A DNA stretch of 64,000 bases from positions 297 through 64,296 of the IMG/VR virus record IMGVR_UViG_3300042327_000405. One strand, written 5' to 3'. Of this stretch, positions 9,073 through 20,000 are shown piece by piece (within the stretch, counting starts at the first letter, position 1; each line of letters opens with the position of its first letter). The stretch is from a virus. Lineage: Duplodnaviria; Caudoviricetes. The translations under genes and the position numbers were made by a program. Under the pieces are notes generated by a model that did no database searches, was not told where the DNA came from, and saw only the letters and a program-made list of their open reading frames with translations.

Positions 9073-12000
9073 TAAATTACCTCACTTAAAAATACTGTCA
9101 TTTCTGGTCCATCTGAACTTTTAGAATAATCTATATTGTATATAACAAATCTACTTAGGGGAGACGAAGCCATACTTATACCATTTTCTTCATAGTCTAG
9201 TGTAACAATATCTCCTAACTGTAATGTTGGTATTGCAAATATTCTAACACCTACAGACTTTCTTGGCTTTGTTATTTTTTCAACAAGCCACTTCATTAAA
9301 CTATTTGCTTCATCATAAGACTGAATGTATGGTGCATTTAAAGAAAAATCTTTTTTACCGTAAGTCATTCTGCTTAGTTTTATGTCTTGATAGTCTTGTT
9401 TAAATTTATATGGATTAGAAATTAATTTGTCTGCAACAAACTCTGGGTTTGAGGTTAAACTGTTTTTATTAAAATAATCATCAACTGTTAGTCTATTTTC
9501 TGATTGCTGGGTAAAGGTTACTCCCTGTACTCTTAAATAGTTACCTGTTGTTTCGTCTAAACTTATTGCAGTATCTGTTGCATTAAATATCATAAACTCT
9601 GCACCGTAAGATCCTGCTCTAAACCCTGAAACAACATATCCTTTAATTTTGTTAAATGTTGGAGATATTTTTGCAGTTAATGCTGGGAAAGCCTTATCAT
9701 ATTTAAAATTAAATGTTGCTGCTTCCCTCATGATGCTTCCAAATTCTTCAAAAAATATATTATACTTTGGTGCTTCTGATGTTCCTATTCCAGAAAGATA
9801 TGTATTTTGAATTAAACCACTTAAAGCATACTTTCTAAAAGATTCATTTGCGTCAATATCAGAGTCTCCAAATACTGAGTTAACTGGAGCACCCAAAGAG
9901 AATGTAGTATTTTGTGAATAGTTATTACAAAGTGCATAAACATTTTCAAACATAATCCTTGAAGAGCCTCTTGAAAATAAAGCAATTCCAGAATAAACTG
10001 GTAGAGGGTCTAGATCATCAACTGTTTTAATAAGGCTACCATTTAAATACAAATAAAATCTTCTTGTTTTTCCTATATCTTGATACTCAACTGCAAGGTC
10101 GTATACTGTTGGATTTTCTTCAGCAACAATTCTTGCCTGCCCAGTAAACTTTCCATCATCTACTGTTATTTCTCCAAGACCTTCCCACAACTTGACTGGT
10201 ACTGCTTTTCCATTGTCTGATTTAACCTTATAAAAGAAAACATTGCTTACGCTCTCTCTTTCATCTTTAGATAAATTTCCCATTCCTAGCGCTGCAATTT
10301 CAAAATAGTATCCGACATTTGTTGTAGAATTTAACATAAATGCAAGACCACCAGATCCACCAGAAATATTTATATTCTTGTCTGGTGTACTTCCATTAAC
10401 AACATAATATGTTGCAGACCCATTAGATGTTTGACCTCTATCCGAACTGTTTTCTATTTTACCAACAATTCTCATTCTTGTACCAAAGTGTTTATATTTG
10501 TTTTCTTCTAAAGATTTATGGACATATGATATGAAATCTCTTGGATTTTCTTTAGTAGTAAAATTTGGTCCAGTGAGAGATAGTGCTGAAGACTGAATAG
10601 TCCCGCTTTCTACAGTTGTTGCTGTGCTAATTTCTTTTATAAAAGATGTTGACATAAAGTTCTTAATAATTCCACTTCTAGAAGAAGTTTTTGCAAGAGT
10701 GTCAGAAGACACTCCAGAATTAGTTAACTTTCCAGATGAAGCAACCGTTGTTGGTGGTAAGGTTAAATCTTTGCTAAACAAATACTCTGATGACATGTAG
10801 CAGCCTTTAATGTTGTTATCTGATTTCCAGTAGTCTGCTATGCCAGCAGAGTGTGCAACAATGGCAGTTCCAAACTGACCACGACCATGTTTTTGTACTT
10901 CTCCATTTTGTAGTTTAACAACCCCGTCTTTTTCAAAATATTTTGGTTCAGAATATATTCTAATAAGACCCGTTGGGTATATCTTTCCATTAAAAGGAAG
11001 TTTAGCAAAATAATTTTGATAGTCTTCTGTAGATGTTATCCAAACATTTCCAAATCCAGAAACATTGTACTGAACGGCATCATACTTTATAATCTCACCT
11101 TGCGAATAAAAATATCCATTATATCTTGTAATCCAGTATACCGCTTCTCCTAAACTAAATGTATTATTAATTAAAATATTATTAGCAACTATTGGAACAT
11201 CTGCTTTTAGATCTGAGTTAAGAGGTATTGCGCTAAGAACATAGGCAGACTGTGTTGCAACTTCATTGTTAATAGATTTTGTGTTTTGAGTTCCAGAAAC
11301 TTCCCATAGCAGTGCTGGCTTGTAGGTATAGTATCTTTCGTTATCTACAAGACTTGCCTGTCTGAGAGATCCAATAGATCTCTGTATATATCTTGTACTG
11401 TAATTAATTGCTCCATCATTATATGCCGAATTTTCCTGAGTTGACACAGAAATAACATTTGCAAGTTTTGGTTTATTTGTTTTGTTTTTTATTTCACCAT
11501 ATTGCGTAGAGTCTTTAGTTCCAGTTAAAGAAAAAGAAGTTGGTCTTTCTGTTGCGGTTGGCATTATATAGTTTTTGCTCATCATTACAAAATTGTTATA
11601 CTCATCAAAAAACATTGCTGTTTGTGTTGATACTGCCAAATCTTGAAGTACTTGGGCTACGCTATTTTCTGGAGCAACAAAAAAATATGGAATAATTATT
11701 TCTTTTTCATTTGCAACTCTTTTAAATGTATAGTTAGAAAACCCAACATGGTCTAATAGCAAAGATACTGCAGAACTAACAGAAACTTCTGTCATTAAAA
11801 TCTCTGGTGCAGTAATTGATTCAAGATACCAGTAAAGATCTCTTAGTCCTACAGACACAGTCTTTGTCATCAAATCTTGTTTTGGAAATGCATCAGAATA
11901 TAATGTTTTAATTGGTACATAGTAGTCCCACCCATCTACATCAACAATTACTTCATAAAATTTAAACTGAATGTGTCTTGAAATATATTTAGAAATAATG

Positions 12001-13460
12001 CTGTCTTTGTTATTAGAATTAAATGCCTGGTCATGATCAAAAATATTTATAGTACCATTAGAGGCTATTAATTGACCAACTGGTAGGCCCGATAACCCTA
12101 GGTCTGAAGCACTTTTATTGATAGAATAGTCTAAAGTTTTATCAGAAATATTAAGGACAAGTCTTGGAGAAATTTCAATAAGATCAAAAGTTGAATCTTT
12201 TGCGTTCATTGTGTCAACGACAATCCTAATTCCGCTTATATATTCAAACTCTCTAAATTGCAATTTTTTATCAATAGTTTTAATAAAAACATCTGGAGAA
12301 GTAACATCAGTGACAAAATTTGTTAGCCTATCAACTGTTTCATCTTGGATATACCACCCATACTTTGGTGCAAGAACTGTATACTCTGTCCCATTCCAAA
12401 TATGAAAAGTTCCTATATCAGTATCATTTTGCTTAATCAAGTAAGCATAACCAAAGACAGATTTTTCAGGAAGTAATGCTATGTTTGTATAGGTTTCCTG
12501 AAGCACAAAAGTATTTCTCCACTCATCTGGAACAACTAGCCCATAGGCAATCTCTACATAGCCATCGCTTTTTATAACTGATGAGCCATCTTTCCTTGTA
12601 ACTGATGGGTCAAAAGATATAATATTTTCCCAATTACCATTTTTTAAAAACTGAATCTTCCACTTACTTGGAGTCTTTTTATTTAATTCTCCATAAAATG
12701 GATCCGCAGTACTGCCAGTAGAAGAAGAAAATGGCCCAAGGTTCTCTGTTCCTATGTGAGTTTGCATTTTAACTACAACCCTGTTAGTAGGAATTTTTTC
12801 TTTATAAACAACAAAAGGGCAAGCGTCTTCTATTAAATATTGTGATTCACGAACCTTTGATGCAATTCCATATTCAGAAAGATTTTCTGCTACTCCATTT
12901 TTTTCTTTTTGATCTTTATCAATAAATGTTTTATTAAATCCATAAGAAATAGATGCGTCGTTATATGTATATTTATATCGACCCTCTGTTCTGTATGATG
13001 TCCAATATTTAAATTTGTCATTTTTATCTGGCATATAATATCTAGGTCTATCTGCCATAAATAAATTAGGATGATGAACTTTCCTATTTTCAAAGAATGC
13101 TGCTTTGTTAATTCCAGATCTTGGTCTAAACTGTGCAAAGCAATCTTCTAGAGAATACAGAGTTTGCAATTTTTCTTTTTTATTTAATAGAGTAGTTGGA
13201 ATATTATCATTATCAAAAATTCCATCTACGAGAACATCTGCATCTGTTGCCCCAGTATAAAAACTTCCAGTATCATTAACATCAAAACTGGTAGGCAAAG
13301 ATGAGTAGGCTGATCCTGTTTGTGTTGGTCTATACCTATAGTTTCCTATATGCTTAATATTGGTAGGAACATTCATATTCCATTCAGCAGTTATAACTGA
13401 TTTATTTTTTATGGTAGAAGAAGTTTCTAAAAAATTTTGCAGTTCTTTATTTTCAAACAT
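9072..13460 (-). CDS. Large minor tail protein (tail tip/hub)
   Basis: 1462 aa, second gene after the tape measure; C-terminal PTLQLGDIVTL hub-type motif. Confidence 0.75.
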   Translation of the reverse strand: MFENKELQNFLETSSTIKNKSVITAEWNMNVPTNIKHIGNYRYRPTQTGSAYSSLPTSFDVNDTGSFYTGATDADVLVDGIFDNDNIPTTLLNKKEKLQTLYSLEDCFAQFRPRSGINKAAFFENRKVHHPNLFMADRPRYYMPDKNDKFKYWTSYRTEGRYKYTYNDASISYGFNKTFIDKDQKEKNGVAENLSEYGIASKVRESQYLIEDACPFVVYKEKIPTNRVVVKMQTHIGTENLGPFSSSTGSTADPFYGELNKKTPSKWKIQFLKNGNWENIISFDPSVTRKDGSSVIKSDGYVEIAYGLVVPDEWRNTFVLQETYTNIALLPEKSVFGYAYLIKQNDTDIGTFHIWNGTEYTVLAPKYGWYIQDETVDRLTNFVTDVTSPDVFIKTIDKKLQFREFEYISGIRIVVDTMNAKDSTFDLIEISPRLVLNISDKTLDYSINKSASDLGLSGLPVGQLIASNGTINIFDHDQAFNSNNKDSIISKYISRHIQFKFYEVIVDVDGWDYYVPIKTLYSDAFPKQDLMTKTVSVGLRDLYWYLESITAPEILMTEVSVSSAVSLLLDHVGFSNYTFKRVANEKEIIIPYFFVAPENSVAQVLQDLAVSTQTAMFFDEYNNFVMMSKNYIMPTATERPTSFSLTGTKDSTQYGEIKNKTNKPKLANVISVSTQENSAYNDGAINYSTRYIQRSIGSLRQASLVDNERYYTYKPALLWEVSGTQNTKSINNEVATQSAYVLSAIPLNSDLKADVPIVANNILINNTFSLGEAVYWITRYNGYFYSQGEIIKYDAVQYNVSGFGNVWITSTEDYQNYFAKLPFNGKIYPTGLIRIYSEPKYFEKDGVVKLQNGEVQKHGRGQFGTAIVAHSAGIADYWKSDNNIKGCYMSSEYLFSKDLTLPPTTVASSGKLTNSGVSSDTLAKTSSRSGIIKNFMSTSFIKEISTATTVESGTIQSSALSLTGPNFTTKENPRDFISYVHKSLEENKYKHFGTRMRIVGKIENSSDRGQTSNGSATYYVVNGSTPDKNINISGGSGGLAFMLNSTTNVGYYFEIAALGMGNLSKDERESVSNVFFYKVKSDNGKAVPVKLWEGLGEITVDDGKFTGQARIVAEENPTVYDLAVEYQDIGKTRRFYLYLNGSLIKTVDDLDPLPVYSGIALFSRGSSRIMFENVYALCNNYSQNTTFSLGAPVNSVFGDSDIDANESFRKYALSGLIQNTYLSGIGTSEAPKYNIFFEEFGSIMREAATFNFKYDKAFPALTAKISPTFNKIKGYVVSGFRAGSYGAEFMIFNATDTAISLDETTGNYLRVQGVTFTQQSENRLTVDDYFNKNSLTSNPEFVADKLISNPYKFKQDYQDIKLSRMTYGKKDFSLNAPYIQSYDEANSLMKWLVEKITKPRKSVGVRIFAIPTLQLGDIVTLDYEENGISMASSPLSRFVIYNIDYSKSSDGPEMTVFLSEVI

Positions 13461-14095
13461 TATACCTCTTCCAAAGTAACTGAGACATTCCAGTAGTCAA
13501 AATTAGTTCCTCTTTTTTCTACAGAATAGGTAAAACTAGAAATAAACATCTCAACAATTTGGTTGTATTGAGAAAGGTGGTCATAAGGATCTTCTGTTCC
13601 TTTAAAAATATCTTTTCTGTCGTATGCAAGGAATACCCAAAAAGAACCTTTATGTGAGTCATACCATTCAAGCATATCTGCTCCACCAGCACCAGAGTCA
13701 GTTGTGTATGACTTTGATAAAGATTTTCCAGTGGTTGTATTAAAATTAGGATTGTGGTCATGTGATCGTGAAGGAATCATGCTCCAACTAGTGCTAAGTT
13801 TCATTTTATCTGCAGTATGATATGATCTCATACGGCCATTGATCATTCTCTCCCGTTTTTCAATACGCTCATCTGAAAAATCTAATGGAGATCTATTATC
13901 GTCTGTAAGCATTAAAAACTGATCTACAGTGTTTGGATTTGCATCTGTCAGATCTGCACCAACTTCTAATCCGTATGGGATGTACAAACCATTTATCAGG
14001 GTTCCAGAGTTTTCAGACCAAAGCATGCCACTAGGTCTATTATACTTTTTGCGACTCTGCATATAGGTAAATCTTGGGTCTGGACTATCTGGCAT
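13460..14095 (-). CDS. Distal-tail-like minor tail protein
   Basis: Immediately downstream of the tape measure; ends WNVSVTLEEV. Confidence 0.7.
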   Translation of the reverse strand: MPDSPDPRFTYMQSRKKYNRPSGMLWSENSGTLINGLYIPYGLEVGADLTDANPNTVDQFLMLTDDNRSPLDFSDERIEKRERMINGRMRSYHTADKMKLSTSWSMIPSRSHDHNPNFNTTTGKSLSKSYTTDSGAGGADMLEWYDSHKGSFWVFLAYDRKDIFKGTEDPYDHLSQYNQIVEMFISSFTYSVEKRGTNFDYWNVSVTLEEV

Positions 14096-17000
14096 TTATT
14101 CCAATCCCCCTAATTCTTCTATCTTCTACTTGCTTGATTGTTGACATTACTGCCTGTGCAATTTCATTTGGATTAGCATCTGTTCTTGCATTAACTGTTA
14201 ATGTATATGTATTATTATACACTGCTGCGCCAGTTGCATCACCATTATTAATCTTTTTGAGATTATCTACCCCGTAAGAATCCACAGCATACTTGCTCAT
14301 AATAAACTCTCCTGGGGTTAACATTGCTGGAACAATGTCTGTACCTCTAGCAAATCCTCCAGCAGCAAAATATTTTGGAACCATACCACCAGAAGACATA
14401 AGTCCGATTGCCTTAAGTTTGCTTAATACTCCTTGTGGGGTGGTCCTTGATGGCGGGACTACTGCTGGCTTAAAGGTTGGTGCATTATTTTGTCCATAGT
14501 TAAAGTTAGATGGCGTTGGTTTATTTACTGCAGGTGGTTTCGCTGCAGGTGGTTTCGCTGCAGGTGGTTTCGCTGCAGGTGGTTTCGCTGCAGGAACTTT
14601 TGCTACTGTTGCTGTTGCTACTGCTGGTTTTGTTTCTGAGGCTGGGGCACCAACAACTTCTGCAGGTGTTGGTGGAGTGTATGCAGATCCAAGGATTGGA
14701 TCATTTCCAACTGTTTGTTCAGCAGCAAAGGCTGCCTTTAAATCAGGAACAGTTGCAAGAGCAAGTTTCATTGACTCTATGAATTTGTTGCTATTTATCA
14801 TAGCAAGATCTACTTCATTCTTAATCTTTTCCCAAGCATCTCTTGTATTTCCAAGAACAGTAAGGCCTGCAATATCTTTGTCTAGTTGTATTTGTCTTAA
14901 ACGAACAAACTCTTGTGCTGGTTCAATTCTGTCTTCTTCAATTTGAAACACTTCATCTTGAAGAGTTTTAATTTCTTTTTCAAGTTCTTTTCTAGTTTTT
15001 GTTTTCCAGAGAGACTTGTCGGTACTGCCCATTTTGTCAACTCCAGTTACTCCATCTAATTCATATTGTCTGGACTGCTCTATAGCATCCTTTTGCTTTG
15101 TAACCGCATCGGCTGCCTGTTGTGCTCGCATGTCTTGCGCTGCTCGTGCTGCTGCAGCGATGTCTCCAGATGTTAATGCTTCTGCAAGTGTTAGTTGACC
15201 CCTTTGCTGATTAGAAATAGCAGCATTGGCTTTTTCTACTTCATCAAGAGCCTTAATTCTTTCGTCATATTTGTCATTAATCTTTTGCTCTTGGTCTTCA
15301 ATAGCCTTTAGTGCTGCTTCTTTGTCATCAACTTTATACTGAATTAATGCAATGTCTTCTTGTGCTTTTTTCATTACATCTTCTTGTGATTTTGTATCTA
15401 ATTTAAATTTAATATTAAGGGCTGTTTCTTGAACATCAAAAGCCTCCATTGCATTGCCAAACCCGTCATTAAACATATCTTGCATAAATTCAATAGTACC
15501 TTTTAACTGTTTAAGTCTTGTATCAAAATCAGTTATCAACTTGTTTAACTCAGCCTGTGCAGTCGCAATAACTTCTTTATCAGCACCTTTTTTAATTAAA
15601 CTATTAACTTTTGATTGCTGAGTGCCAATTTCAGTTTCCATCAGGCTTAAGTTTTCATCAGAATTAATTGCTCTTGCAGTTGAGGCACTATATTTCTTTC
15701 TAATTCTTGCCTCTTTAGTTCTATCTTTTTTGAATTGATCTATGTCTGTTCCTACTCCCTTAACCGCTGCTGATCTAAGTTGTGCCTTAGTTAAAACATT
15801 ATAATTCTTTGCTAAAGTAGCAACTGACTTTGAATTTTTTTCCATAGCAATTGCTTGAGCAAGTCCAGCGTTTTCAACCATTGCGTAAGCATCTGCAACT
15901 GGAACTCCTATAGAAGACAACTTGGCAAAGGCTATTGCTTGATCTTCAATCACGTTAGTTTCTGCTTCTGTCTTTGAATTAAAGTCTCCCATTGCTATAG
16001 AGTTTAACGCTTCTTGAATGTTTTTGGCATCCTTCTTTAAACCAATAATGTTATCCTTATTGTCAAACTCAAATAAAGACCTCTTCTTGCTTTCATACTC
16101 TTTTGGATCCATTCCAACTATAAGAGAAATGAGGTCTTCACTTCCACCTATCTTTCTTATATCATTCTCTATACCGCTGAAAGCATCAAGGGTCTTCTTG
16201 CCTCCAAACAGGCCATCTAAAGCCTTACGAGAGGCACTCCAGCCCTCTGTGACCTTAATCTGGTTCTTACGTACATCCCTTAGTTTTTTGACTAGATCAT
16301 CTAGGGGTGAGGACTGAACCTTACTTCCCCCGCCAGTTGGAGTTGTTCCTGTTGGAGCCTTTGTGTCTACAGCAACACCTTCAGTTACAGCCTTAAATCC
16401 TTGATCTTCTTTGTAGTGAGCAACTTGTGTTGCAATAGGAAGTGATGCATAATCTGCTCCACCATATGCTTTTCCTTGAATCATTGTAGTTGGAGATTTT
16501 TGCCAATCAATAAAGTCTTGAGTTGCTACTATCTCTGGATCTGGAATATTAATTATAGACGCAATAGTCTGTGTGTAAGTCTTTTGCTGATCTTCTGTTA
16601 GAGTATTAAAGTATGCTTCATCAAAAGCAGCAGTGCCCTCAATGTTTGGAATAATGTTATAGACAATTTCTGCAGTTAGGTCTTTGTTTCCTTCAATGCT
16701 GTCTAACATTGTGTTTAACTTTTCATATTGCTCTTTATTCTTTGGGTCTACATAGTAACTAACCAGAACATCAGATGGAATAACTGCGTTAAGGTTGTTT
16801 AACTTAATCATATTTTTTGTAAAATCAAGAGCATCTGAATCTTTTTCAAATGCTTCAACCTTTGTAACAAACTTGGTCTGTACTGTCTTATTAACTACGC
16901 CTTTAGAATCAAGAATGTTTTGGGCTGCAACACCAATTGACTCAGAAGTTGCACCGCTAAACTTAGTAATAATATTCATCATCTTTGGAGCAATATCTTT

Positions 17001-20000
17001 GTTGTCTGCTGCTAGACCTAAAAGACTTCTAAATACTGCTGGAGGTATATCTCCACTTGCCATCTTTGCCTGAATTAAAAATTCTTGTCCGCTGTCAATA
17101 AGGCCATCTTTTCTTAGGTTTGCTGCTTGCTGATCAACAACATCTATATATGCTAACTGATTAGGATCGTCTTTATATTTTGCAGTAACAGCCTTTTTCA
17201 TACCGCCCATCATTGCTTCTTGCATAGCGCCAGCGCCATTGTATTGTGTTACAACGTCTGCCTGTAGTTGTCCTTGTGCTGCTGTTAATTTATCTCTTTC
17301 ACCAATATACTTAGTTTGCATTTCTTCTGCTTCATTAATTTTGCCTTGAAGTTTTAGTTGATCAATTTTCTTTTGGTAGAACATATCAAATGAATCTAGC
17401 ATTTGTTTGTTTTGTTCCATGGCGATCTTGGAATCTACTGCATAGGCTGCTCCAAGTGCTCCTGCTTGTTTTGCAAATCTTTTTGTTGCAAAATATCCTC
17501 CAATTGCTCCTGCTGCTGCGCCGATGCCACCACCAATAATGGCACCAACAGCGGTACCCAGAATTGGAACTACGCTTCCTATGGCTGCCCCAAGTGCTGC
17601 TCCACCTAAAGCAGCGGCTCCAATTCCTGCTTTTTGAACAGTACTTTGTCCAGCAAGTTTTGTCATTGTTCCTGCGTTGTTTACATTTTTAGCACTTGCT
17701 TGCATTCTCTTACTATTTTCTGCAACCATATCAGTTCTTACCTTTAAAGGATTTTTTTCTAAGTCTTCTCCATTAGGTCCAAGCACTTTTTCCATTTGAG
17801 CAATTACTCTAATTCCCATAGACACATCTCCTGCTTGTCTTGCAGCATTCATTGCTAAACTTTTTGCTTGATTTATATCCATTGCGCCAGACATAACTGA
17901 AGTAGTTAACTGGCTTGACAAATCTCCAACTGCTTGCCCACCTTTTCCAGCAGCATTTTGTTCTGCAAGTCTTTTTGTTATTCCCTTGCCTTCTTCTGTT
18001 TGAACAAATGCTTCTCCATAAGTTGTTTTTCCAGTTGCTGAAGGGGTCATATTGAAAGAGTTTTTCCTCTTAAGATCCATCTGTTCTGACGCTGTTACTT
18101 TACCGCTGAACTTTGCTATAGCATTAACAGCAGAAGTAGATCCTCTAAATTTTTCATTTTCTTCTAAAACTTTATTTGCTGCTGCATCAAAGGCCATTCT
18201 TAAAGCAACAAATGATCCAACGGTTGCTGCCAAACCAACTGCAACTGCGCCCATAGGACTCTTTAACATTGGAAGAACCATAGAAAGACCCATCAAAGGC
18301 ATCATAACTTTTTGTGAAATTTCTCCAACCTTGCCTGGTGCCATAGAACCAACCATCGCTGCGCCTGCTGCAACTCCAAGTCCACCAGCCATACCCATTC
18401 CACCCTTGCCTGCTGCTCTTGCTTGCTGTCTTTTACTTATCATTGATCCAGCCTTTAGTTTGGCTTTATCAAGTCTTGTTGGAGTAAAGTTTCCACTTGG
18501 CAATAGAGGGCCTTGCATTGGTCCTGCAGGTTGGCTCTGGAAAATCTTTTTTTGATATCCTACAGAGTTGGCTAATTTAGTTCTTTTTTCTTCTTGACGA
18601 CGCAAAGACTTTGCATCTGCATCCATTGGTCCAGTGCCGTATAGTTTAGTTCTTGATGCTGTTATCTTTGCTTGTGTTCTTGCTTCTTCTCTTTGACGCT
18701 TTTCCATTTGACGGCGTACAGATTTAGCGTCAGCATCTATTGATCCCCCGCCATAAAGGGCAGTTCTAGATGCTGCTGCTGCAGATTGAGATAGCGTTGT
18801 TCCAATTGTACTTCCAACTGTCTTTGCTTCTGCTATAGAGGACTTTGCTCCAGCAACTACTGCTCCCGCTGGGTCTACAAGTCTTTTTACTCCTCTTGGA
18901 TAATTACGAGCAAGATCTTGTTCTGAAATATTAATATCTGGAGCATCTGCTTTTCCAACAATTCTTCCTTTAGGACCTTGACGAACTGCCTTGACTACGC
19001 TCTTTGGAGCAAGTCTACTATCATCTGTTTTACCAGAAGTTGATTTTAAGTTTACAGTATTTGGTTCTGTAGGTATTGGCTTTATATTGCCATTTTTATC
19101 TTGAAGTACTTCATCTGGTTTTACCAAGATTGAACGGTGGAAGTGATAAACTTTTTTCCAATCTGCTTCTAGGCCAGCCTGAAGTCTCTTATACATGTCC
19201 TCATAAACCTTTTTGGCTGGGTCTCCATCAGCAAGTTTAAAACCGTCTATAGTCTTTCTTAGTTTTGGAAGTGTTTTGTTGATCTCATCCTTTATTGTTT
19301 TTTCATATTGGTCTGCAGACTTAATTCCTTGAGGAATATCTGCTGTCGCATTTCCAAACCAGAATGGTGATGCATTTGCGTTTGCTCCTGGAACACCCTT
19401 CAAGTTGTGCATTGCAATTTCTTGCATAGATGGAAGCCCTGCGGAATAAGATCTTGTGCCAGATGCCTTATCAAATACACCAGCAGCGCCAACATCTGCT
19501 ATAACATTTCCTCCCAAGTTTCCTTTTTTAAGATCTTTGTCTGCACGAAGGCTTGACGCTACTAGTTGTCTAAAATAATCTCTTTCGGTAAATGTCTTTG
19601 GCATTGTATTTGGATCAAACCTTGGATCAAACTTAGATTCTAAAACAATAACTTTTCTCTTTTTATTAACATCTGGCTCATCAATATCTGTAGGGTCAAT
19701 CATTGTTGTGATTTTTTGTTTTGGCGCTACCAGTCCGTGAACATTTCTTGCAATCTCTGTTGCTCTTTTTTCTGCTATAGCATCTAACTCGCTTAGCATT
19801 GGTTTTACAAATACCTTTGAACCATCTGGCTTTGTGTATACTCCACCAATAGTAGACATAAAATTGCTTCTTCCAGAACTTTGTGTTTCCTGCTTACCAA
19901 AGTTTGTTGGTTTCTTTGCCCCATAGGTAGTTTGAGATGCTTCAATTGCAACTGCTCTTAATTTTTCTTTATGCTCCATTGCTTTTTCAAGATCAACTAA

